Made by a program: the position numbers and the translations under genes. This document shows positions 53,567-64,000 of a stretch of 64,000 bases of DNA, one piece after another. The notes beneath the pieces are model-generated. The model did not search any database. It was given only the letters and a program-made list of their open reading frames with translations, and was not told where the DNA came from. This DNA is from Octopus sinensis (lineage: Eukaryota): assembly GCF_006345805.1 (NCBI RefSeq), contig NC_043006.1:91202001-91266000 (forward strand), written 5' to 3'. How positions within the stretch are numbered: position 1 is the stretch's first letter; every line of letters starts with the position of its first letter.

Positions 53567-54720
53567 AGAACATAAAGACAGACGAAACACCGCTAAGCAT
53601 TTCGTTCGGTTTAGCTTACAGGAGGACAAATGTTGGGATGTTGTAGCGAAGCAGATGAAGGTGGGTGTGTTAACGTGGTCACTGGACCTGCTACACATAG
53701 TAACTAACACTCATTCAACTCACAACCCTACCGTCTTAAAAAAAGTATTTTCAGAATTAAACAAAGTTTCTGTATTTCAGCAGAAATATAGTCACAGAAA
53801 GAAATATTAAACAATCTCGAAGGCCTCGAAAACCTGGGGTTCTGCCCCTTCCTCCAGACCCAGTAATTTTTGTATTTAAAGTAAAAGAATTAAGAAGCTA
53901 ATAATATTTATTCTTCATTTTGAGTATAATTTTTAATTAAATAATTAACATTTCTTATCTCACTTCGTGAAATATATTAGCATCGATTTTAGTAACAGGT
54001 CTTGGCAGCTCGTTAAATTAATTAATTTAGATGATTGTCTAACATACATGTTTGTTGCGTTATGTCTCGTTTATAATGTCGCTGATTAGTTAGAGTAATA
54101 AGCCAAACCGTTAGCGGTCGTGTTGGATGGAATCGCACACAGCCAACAGGCTAAATAATAACTCAACGAGTGTGATTCCATGAGCAATGTCAATGGTGGT
54201 GGTGGTGGTGGAGTCGGTGGTAGTAAATGAAAAATCAGTGTGGTGTGAAATTGCACAAAACCATTCATTAAGTAAAGTGAGATTAGTAATTACGAGCAAG
54301 AAACGTGCTAAAGTGGAAAATATACAAAGCTTAGTGTAAGGAATGCTGCATATATTAATGATTGATATGACGAAATTTGTTGGAAGAAATTAATTTTTAG
54401 CAGGAAAAATGAAAATAAAAAAGAAAAAAAACCGAAACGAGAACAAAAATAAATTAGACATTTTTTAAAACCCAGTGACTTAAATGTCTGGAGAATTTGT
54501 AATAATTGGAAAAAGTCCAGACTTCAGACATGGACGTTGGAGAAGTTTAATTTAATAAGCTAGCAAGATTGCTGCGGTTATTATTGGAAATATATTAATA
54601 TTGGGAGTTTGGTCGTGTGGTAACTTCGTTATGCTAAGATACTAGATGTCTTAGTGGAAGGTGTTTCAATCCTATGTAACCGCATCGCCAGCTTTCGCAT
54701 CTATTTGTCTCTATCTTAAG

Positions 54721-55115
54721 GGGGCGAGCTGGCAGATTCGGTAGCACGCCGGACGAAATGCTCAGCGGTATTTCGACCATCGCTACGTTCTGAGTTAAAA
54801 TTCCGCCGAGGTCGACTATATCTTTCATCCTTTCAGGGTCGATTAAATAAGTACCAGTTACGCACTGGGGTCGACATAATCGACTTAATCCGTGTGTCTG
54901 TCCTTATTTGTCCCCTCTGTGTTTAGCCCCTTGTGAGTAGTAAAGAAATTGGTATTTCGACCATCGCTACGTTCTGAGTTCAAATTCCACCGAGGTCGAC
55001 TTTTCCTTTCATCCTTTCGGGGTCGATAAATTAAGTACCAGTGAAACACTGGGTCGTTGTAATCGACTTGTCTCCACGCCCCAAATTTCAGGCCTTGTGC
55101 CTTTAGTAGAAAGGA
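54721..55115 (+). mobile_element. Dimeric SINE family A
   Basis: ggggcgagctggcagattcggtagc A box; same dimer junction as 18199 and 27335. Confidence 0.87.
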
Positions 55116-56221
55116 TTAATATATGAAGTCATTCGTTGAATTTATTTGTACTAAGACGGTTCTTTTGGGTTGCAGTTTATGGCATGCAACTACTCTGTTG
55201 AGCAAAAGAAGAAAAGGTCTTTATGCAGGTGACTGATCGGCAAAAAACACGTAACCAAGTTTCCTGTAGGTCATACACTAAATAATGTGGTCCTCGACCC
55301 CCCCCCCTAAAGATGGGTTGCACACGGCTGGAATATCTCTGATTATAGGTCTGCATAATGAACGCTGGTGTGGGGGATAAACGATAAGAACAAAACAGCA
55401 ACACTTGTCGTAAAACCTCTGGCCAGGGTCAACATAACAGCATTCTACCTCTCACCCCATCGCGACAAAGCAAAGCTTTGAAGCCTCAACTATATATATA
55501 CAAGCAGAGTACACATACATTAGCACTGGGTTCCGAGACCTGTGGAAGCCCGGGCAGCTGTACTTTAAGATGGCATTACTTCTGGTCACTTCTGATCAGG
55601 TTGACTCATAACATGCACGTAATCGATAGAATGGTCAGACACAACCCACGACTCACTGATCTGTTTTTTCGTCGTTGGTCGACGGTGCTGCAGAGACAGT
55701 AACTGAATCTGCTCTGTTGTCCTGAGGCAAGTACCGCACGGGTTATACTATGTCTCCAACTGGATAACCTCCACCCTGCACGTTACAACAGATTCAGTGT
55801 TCACATCCTCCGTGTGACAGTCGAAGTACGGAGTGCTCTCCCTTCTGCCCAGTTTATTTCTCTGCTGTTGCTGCTGTTGTTGTTTTTGTTGTTTAGTTAC
55901 AAATCAGTGCTAATCAAGTTGGCATGCGATTCAAACCATTCCAACCGTGACAAACCTGTCTTTACTTCTTGTGCTGGAACTCGGATCATATTATCCAATT
56001 AGGATTTATGAAAGATTGCTATTTCTAGCAGGTTGAGTGACCTCTTGATTCCGGTGCTGACCACAGCAGAAACGACCAAAGTGGATTCAATGTTAACAGC
56101 AGCAGTTACTGTTCTTCTACACTTGTTGTTGTTGGTGTTGTGCATCCGAGCGCAGAGTGTAGATTCTTTTATTTTTTTACTTGTTTCAGTCATTGGATTG
56201 TGGTCATGCTGGAGCGTTGCC

Positions 56222-56445
56222 TTAATTCTTTAGCATTCAGATAATCCTGTCAAATATAATGTTTATTTATTCTCATTGCGTTCAGTTAATCAGGTATTAT
56301 CTTGTAACTTCGAGATTTTGATGAAGCGATTGTTTATTTTTTAGAATGACATTGAAGGATAAGTGTGAGAGGCTGGATCTGGCTGGTTTGAACATAGAAG
56401 AATATTTCTGCCAGTTTTGGCCAGTTTGAATACTAAAGTGTTTAG
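56222..56445. mobile_element. Degenerate short-TIR MITE, possibly piggyBac-like (TTAA)
   Basis: Ends ttaattctttagcattc ... gaatactaaagtgttta are imperfect inverted repeats; no coding capacity. Confidence 0.45.
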
Positions 56446-58445
56446 TCAATCAAATCGGCTGAAATCCTTATTTTTATAAAAAGTCCCGTTCTTATTCTAC
56501 CGGCCACTATTGCCGAACCACTAAGATACGGGGGAGGCAAACAAACCAGCACCGATTGTCAAACAGTGGGGTAGGGGATCAAACACAAAACGCGCGTGTG
56601 CACACACTCACACACGCGCGTGCGTATACACACACAGACGATAGGCTGCCACACAGTTTCCGTCTCCCAAATCCACTCATAAGGCATTGGTCGGCTCGAA
56701 GCTATATTAGGGGACACGTACCCCTGCATACAAGCTTTCCCTTTCCATGCCACCGATATTGTTCAATGTTCAAGAGAAACGCCATTGCTTAAGGTTCGAT
56801 ACTGCTGGCGTTACCATCAGAACTTAAAGAACTGCTGTAGGTATCATAAACTTTCGTGCCTGATGTTTTAATAGTTCCATCAATGCTCCATTCCTGGTTT
56901 GGTACCCAGAGTATAAAGAAGTACAACAAATCGTGCGTGACATTCGATCCCTGCTCGAACGACTATATGAATTCGCGGACAGAGCTTATAATTTTAGCTT
57001 AAAGAATTAAAACATCAAAACCTATGCTGCTTTTTCTTAAACTCCTACCATTTGTGTGGCGAGGGCTTATATCGCCATATCAGCATGGTTCAACATTTAC
57101 AAAACTGTTGCTATGTTTTGAAATAATTATGTGAACGAAAATTAACTATAATAATGCCTGCAACGAAACTGATATCGAAAAATTAAATCTGTGTCAAAGA
57201 TCTGAAGAAAACATCATTTACTGGAATGGTTCCTAAATTTTTCCCGGGTACCATCAGCTTGATTCCAAGAATTTATCTCAAGTTATCCAAAGCCTATTCC
57301 ATCAAAAGCATTATTCAGAACTGTAGTTTTAATCACAGTAAAATTTAAACAACAAATTAATTTTAAAATGTATTCAAAATTCAATTACTGTTTGGAGTTT
57401 TATTTTTTTTTATTAATTAATTAATTTTATTTTGATTAATTTAAAATATTTGATGCATTTAATTCAGTGATACAAGCTTTCCGGGGGCTGATAATCATTT
57501 TGTTAATTAATTACTTCACTGTTCACTAAATTATCATTGCAAATATAGAAATGAAGTTATATCACAATGAACATTAGAGGCATTCATCCATTGCTGCGAC
57601 TTGTTTGATTTTTGTTTGTTGCTTGGAGTGGTGGTGGTGGTTTTCATGCCATTCCAGCCCAAGTAAACACATCGTGGTCAGGCGAGGAAGTTGTACATAT
57701 TTTTGTGAATCACTGATTTACAAGAAAATAACACAAGTTGGCCTTGAAACAGTAATTAAGACAAATAATGAACGAAGAACTAAAAAGTGAGAAGAAATAA
57801 AGTAGAAAAATTTGTTGATTATAAGGGAAGGGAAAAAAAAGAATGTGTTGAAAGAAGGAAGTCTGTAATGACAGAAACTAAAGCAAATTAGGTAAGAGAA
57901 TAAATTCTTTTAAAGCGGGTGGTTTGTGTTGGTTATAAAATTAGATGTAAGGAATCATAAAAGAACGCTGAGTGAGAAAAGATGTAAGGAAAGATAGAGC
58001 GTCAAGTGAATACTTGTAACCAGTTCAGGATTACAAACCAACGGAATGTAACTGGAGTTATTTTGTAGAACAATTGCGAAGGCAAGAAAAATAATAATTA
58101 GAGATGGATGTGAGGAATAAATTTAGCTGTGATAAAAAGTTGAACAATTGAAACATGCAGAAAACAGAAATCCTGTTAAAGAGGTTGAAAAATATATTTG
58201 TGGCAGTGAGTGTCAAAAAAGAAAAAAAAAAGAAAAACGAAGCTGATATGTGTGAATAAAAGTCATGCAACAGAGTTTATCAAACAAATAGTAATATCGA
58301 AAATTGTTTACCAAACATTAATCTTTTATCAGAAAGTCAATGAAAACCAAAAGAAATTATTGTTGTATTTTCATTACAATCAACCATCCTTTTTACGTCC
58401 GTTGTGAGTTGATTACACAAGGTAAAACTAATATATATATATATA

Positions 58446-59017
58446 TATATGAAAGAAGGTTTGAAAATGCAATTTTAAAAGATGTTTATTCACTTGACCG
58501 GTTTCACTTTTTTTAGAAAAAGATTGTCAAAAGTTACATGTAAAAGCTTGGCTGTGTTAGATACTGGTTGTCACAAAATGTTAAGAACAGTTTACAAGGG
58601 AAAATTTTGGGAAAATATAAAAAAGTTTAACAAGTTCATTAAAATATTGGGCACAAAAGATTACAATATTCTTAAGAAATGTTAAAGACAGTTTCCAGAA
58701 AGAATTATTAAAAAGTTCAGTGGAATATTGGTATTGTATATGTATAGATTCACAGAATATTATAAGTTCAAAAAAGTTTACATTTTAGTAGTAGGGTAGT
58801 TTTAACTGACCTAAAACTACCCTACTACTAAACTGTTCTTAACATTTCCTCATTATCAAAGAATGTATATATATATATTGTAACATTTTGTGACAACCAG
58901 TACCTATCACAACCAAGCTTTTACATGTTACTTTTGACAATCTTTTTCTAAAAAAGTGAAACCGGTAAAGTAAATAAACATCTTTTAAAATTGCATTTTC
59001 AAACCTTCTTTCATCTA
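58446..59017. mobile_element. Foldback/MITE with ~137-bp terminal inverted repeats
   Basis: 58446-58583 is the near-exact reverse complement of 58881-59017; TA at both ends; internal 21-bp hairpin at 58784-58832. Confidence 0.88.
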
Positions 59018-59054
59018 TAATTCCACTCGTGCGGTACCTTACAACTCCACTTTG

Positions 59055-59097
<43 letters not shown>

Positions 59098-61361
59098 ATA
59101 TATATAATATATATATGTATGTATGTAGTATGTATGTATGTATGTATGTATGTATGTATGTATAAAACAACTACTACAGTGCAAGGTGTGATTATGAGGG
59201 AGAGCCAGTCTTTGCTTTTAGCAGGGCGAGGGAGGAGACCGCGAAGATATTTCTTGGTTGGTTTGTGACGATTAATGATGTGGACAGTTATTTCTTCTCA
59301 TTTCTCACGTTTTCATAGAAATTCCACAGAGATTCCTCTTTTGATGTTTTCTACTTCTTTTGATGTAAGTTTGCAATTCTGAGGGCAAAAGGGATTTCAT
59401 CATTTTTACGTTTGTGTTTTCTTTCTCTTTTTTTTTTTGCATTGCCTCTGAAAGGATCAGCAACAAAATTGACCTCGGCGTGAGTAGAACTCAGGACATA
59501 TAGACGTGGAGCAAGCTGCGAAAGCAAATATGTTCAACCCGTTGACGAATCTGCCAGTTCACCGCGCTGGCTTGGTCCTTTTGATTTGTGCAGGGTGAAA
59601 AATATATCTAGTTTGTCTCGGCCGTATTTGAACTCAGAACAATATGAGCTGGAATAAATAACGGAGCGCATTTTGTCACACACGCGAACGATTCTGCTAC
59701 CAAAATATTAATTAATAATGGTTTCAAATTTTAACTCAAGGCCAGCAATTTCGGGTGTGTGGGTTAATCCATTACATCGACCCCAGTGTTCAACTGGTGT
59801 TTAGTTTATCGACCCCGAAAGGATAAATAGCAAAGTCCACCTTGGTGGCATTTGAACTCAGAACGTAAAGACGGACTTGAAATGCCGCTAACAATTTTCC
59901 CCAGCGCGTTTGCGTTTCTGCCAGTTCTTCGCCTTAACGAAGAATGAATATTCGTTTCGTTTCTACTACAGGCAAAAAGCCTGAAATTTTGGGAGAAGGG
60001 GACGAGTCAATTATATCGACCTCCGTGCACAACTGGTATTTATTTTATCATCCCCGAAAGTATTAAAGGCTAGATCGAATTTGAACGGACGAATCGCTAC
60101 TAAGCATTTTCCTCCGCGTGCTAACGAGTCTGCCAACTTGGTGTTTTAACTTAAGAATTAATATTGGATAGTGATTAAAAGAAATAGATGTGCAGTTGAT
60201 GCAGGTTTTTGCTGAGAAGAATTCACATAATTTCGGAAGTGGCGGCGTGATCTGAAGCACAGTCTCTTGGTATTGTGCAACATTGATCTAGATTTGATCT
60301 TTTCACATAATACTTTCGTTATCTCCTTGATTTTACTTTAATCTGCCATAAATTCTTTGGGTTGTAAGCTGATAATTCTATTCAGAGACCAGTATTAAAG
60401 AACCAAAATAGAAACAAAGTTAAGAAAGTATGTAAAAGTAAAATAAAAACATCACGGCGAAGCTGAGAAACTTGACATCCTTTACAAAAGAAACCATTGA
60501 AAAAGCAACAGACGCCGAAACACTTAAAGTGTATGTTATATTTTAATTCTCATAGCTTGTGGATTGTGAATCGTGGATCAAAAGTTATATTCAATATTGA
60601 CAACTTGATAGAAGTGGATGTCAGAAGAATACAAGAATATCGGTGTTCTTGTCATAAACATCTGCTATGTTTAGTAGGCTGCAGATTATTGGCCAGTGTG
60701 TAAATACACGGTGCCGAGTAATGTTTTCTTTTGGTAAAGAAGTTCTACAAATGTAGTAAAAAAAGAAATATTTCCAAATGAAGCATTCTACAGAATGAGC
60801 AAAGAAAATTGTAATTAAATCTGGTATTTATTATGCGTTAATAACTGTGTTGACGAATGTATTTATTAAACTAATATTGTCAATAAACACTGAAATAGCC
60901 TGTCATCAAAACGTAATCAACAAAAACCGCTGAAGGCGCTGATGACTTCGAACAAATATAAAGTCGAAGAGTCATTAAGTTGAATAAATTATTTTCTGAT
61001 GTGTGTGTGTGTTTCTTGTTCCCACACTCTCCCTCTGCCATCCAGGAGAGAGCGGCTGGGTAAGCTCTTTCTTAAAGACTGCCGGCGTTCCTATTGATTT
61101 CTTCTCTCCGATTTGACTGTTGCCCTTCTGCTAACATTTGTTTAATGTTGTCACTTCTCATCCCCGTTCCTTGTTTTGTTCTTATTCTACCCAAATCCTA
61201 ATCTATCGTTTACCACTTTTAAATTACACCCAACCACCTCTCTCCGACGCAAGGTTTTACTAGAAAATGTTAAGATTTCTCTTCACACACACACACACAC
61301 ACACAGGTTTATTCCAGTATATGAATTACTTGTATCTTTTGAGTTCTTTTCTCCTCAATTA

Positions 61362-61580
61362 TATTATTTCGCTTGTGAATGCTAATCTATTCAGAACGTG
61401 TTGCCGTTTGGTAATAACAATTCTCCTCAATTCCTCAGAATCTTTCTAAGGATTCTTGCAGAATATAGCACAGTACTTTTCTGCAGGTTGGCAATGTGAG
61501 TTTCAATTCCCGCCTCTTTCAATCTTTTAGGTAGAACTTTGGATGTTTTGCCAAGTGCATTAATCACTACAGGAATAATT
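61362..61580 (-). mobile_element. 3' end of a restriction-like-endonuclease LINE (R4/Dong-like) next to (TAA)n/(TGA)n
   Basis: ORF 61427..61666 ends IIPVVINALGKTSKVLPKRLKEAGIETHIANLQKSTVLYSARILRKIL, a typical RLE-LINE C-terminus. Upstream flank is (AAT)n; 3' end aataatataat. Confidence 0.72.
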
Positions 61581-61954
61581 GTTGTTGTTGTTATTATTAT
61601 TATTATTATCATCATTATTATTATTATCATCATCATCATCATCATCATTATTATTATTATTATCACTATTATTAATACTAAAGCGGCGAGCTGGTAGAAT
61701 CGTTATGTATGTATGTATGTATGTATGTATCTATCTGTCTGTCTGTCTGTCTATTCATGTTATATATATATATTAGTGTATGTGTTTGAGAATATATATA
61801 TGTGTGTGTGTGTGTATGTTTGTCAACATGCTTGCGTACGTGCGCGCGTGCTTGCATGTATTTATAGATGTGTGGAATGCATACACACGTGTGTGTGTGC
61901 GCGCGTATTTATATATGTCTGTATAAGCATATATAAACCGGAGAATACGTGTGT

Positions 61955-61989
<35 letters not shown>

Positions 61990-62046
61990 AACACAGGGTG
62001 TTCAAAAAGTCTCACCGCGGTGAATTTTTCGGTGAACAGATATATA

Positions 62047-62911
62047 CAGGCTGCGGTGAATAAACTGTCATCTAAATAACGCAAAAATGAAAATAACACA
62101 TCTCATTTTAAGATATATTTACAACCAAAATTACATAAAAATATCTCGAAATACTAGGGAAGATTTATTCGATAAAATTGCCATTGACTTCAACCACGGC
62201 CTCCAGACAACTTCGGAATCTCCTGCAACTCTTCTGGATGGTCGCCTTGTTTAAGTGGATGAATGCTGTCATAATCCTTGCTTTCAGTTCATCTTTGGTG
62301 TTACAAGTTTTGTTGGTCTCTCGCTCAAATGCACCCCACACGTAATAATCATGGGGGTTGCAGTCCGGGGAGTTAGGTGGCCAGATGTTAGGGGTGATGT
62401 GGTCGCAGAGATTGTCTGATAGCCATGACTGGGTTCTCCTGCTTGTGTGCCATGGTGCAGAGTCCTGTTGCCAGACACAGGGTCTTCCAGCAGTCACCCT
62501 CTTCACCCAGGGCAGCACTACCTCATCCAGGTACTTGATATAGGCCTCCGTGTTGAGTCTGAGGCTGTGTGGGAAGATGAATAGAGGTATAACTTTGCCA
62601 GCACTAGCGATCATTCCATGCACCATGATGTTGACTGGATGTTTGATTTTTATCACTCTTGGTACATGTCCTCAGATTGACATCCAAACACTTTGAAATG
62701 ATCGTTTTGGAGTTTCCAGCGCTAATGCTAAGCAGTACAGTATGTAATTTCCAAATTTCTGGCAGAGTGAATTGCGCCATGGTGCTATTTTTCTTACAAA
62801 CGGTGTTCAACTGATCCTACTATACTGTGTGGTCGACAAAATCAAAAGCAAACAATGCGCATGCACCAAACTAAAGGTATAAATTGGCGACAATTTACCT
62901 ATCGCACCCTG
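62047..62911 (-). mobile_element. Internally deleted maT/DD37D transposon with both TIRs and TA target sites
   Basis: ORF 62165..62656 QQDSAPWH...WPPNSPDCNPHDYYVW has 37 residues between the 2nd and 3rd D. The N-terminus (ORF 62604..62810) joins directly to the catalytic half. Imperfect TIRs caggctgcggtgaataaactgtc / cagggtgcgataggtaaattgtc. Confidence 0.92.
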
Positions 62912-62919
62912 TATATACA

Positions 62920-62975
62920 CAGACATATACATACATACATAAATACATACATACATACATACATACATACATACA

Positions 62976-63011
<36 letters not shown>

Positions 63012-63233
63012 TATATAATATGAACATATATAATATGAACATACATATATATATATATATATAATATGAACATATATAATATGAACATACATATATATAT
63101 ATATAATATGAACATATATAATATGAACATATATATATATATATATATATAATATGAACATATATATATATATATATATATAATATGAACATACATATAT
63201 ATATATTAATATGAACATATATATATATATATG

Positions 63234-63269
<36 letters not shown>

Positions 63270-63620
63270 CATATATATATATATATATATATATATGAAC
63301 ATATATATATATATTATATATATATATATGAACATATATATATATATAATATGAACATATATATATATATATATAATATGAACATATAATATATATATAT
63401 ATATAATATGAACATATAATATATATATATATAATATGAACATATAAATATATATATATATAATATGAACATATAAATATATATATATAATATGAACATA
63501 TAAATATATATATATAATATGAACATATAAATATATATATATATAATATGAACATATAAATATATATATATATATATGAACATATAAATATATATGCATA
63601 CATACATATATGTATATACA
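62920..63620. repeat. (TACA)n followed by a variable-length (TA)n-ATGAAC minisatellite
   Basis: Repeated tataatatgaaca units with varying TA spacer. Confidence 0.93.
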
Positions 63621-64000
63621 CATGCACATATGGGCACAGAACACCACAGAACGTAAACAACATGAAATACGAAATACGTTTACAGTGGGTATAGAGTTTG
63701 AATAGTGTATTCACACTCGGCTCCGTAAATTTTGGAAGTGTTGGTTGGATATCTGTTACATGATGACGCTCGATTGTGTGCATATTCAACTAGAGCACTT
63801 TCAAATTTTATAAAAAAATTTAAAGTATTATACTGAAGAGAGATGTAAGTAAAATTTAAATTACTTTAATCTCGAAACGCGTATATAGTTAATCCTGGTC
63901 ATGTTGATTCATTGTTCTTCTCTTTGCCTTCATAAAAAAGTATGTTTACTGTCATAGAGATTCTTATAGTAGCAGAAAAGGAATTTTTAACTCCTATTTC

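Noticed and set aside
56840-57010. Protein-like stretches (PEYKEVQQIVRDIRSLLERLYEF; VPDVLIVPS)
   Set aside because: Short, stop-bounded, no convincing splice sites or family match; would need tblastx or RNA-seq.

Overview
Eukaryotic, AT-rich, repeat-saturated DNA with no recognisable host exon, so probably intergenic or intronic. The SINE/LINE repertoire looks cephalopod (Octopus-like); this is inference from the repeat families. Contents: decayed Tc1/mariner elements (DD36E-type Tc1, two DD37D/maT, two mariner remnants), RTE, CR1-like and RLE-type LINE fragments, an internally deleted Helitron with an intact 3' end, many tRNA-derived SINEs, several Penelope-like element (PLE) pieces, a long-TIR foldback MITE, a ~4.3 kb (TA)n/(TATGCA)n tract and an ~8 kb 26/38-bp satellite. 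The long ORFs in the supplied track over microsatellites and the satellite are artefacts. The standout is a non-coding ~750 bp element at 36161-36912 inside the TA tract. It carries an intact type I hammerhead ribozyme (minus strand, 36311-36388), a ~531-nt partial tandem repeat whose boundary falls at the predicted self-cleavage site, and a short inverted terminal segment, i.e. a retrozyme-like or non-autonomous PLE. Other PLE-associated repeats carry variant hammerhead motifs with a CUUGANGA core. All calls were made by eye and boundaries are approximate unless stated.
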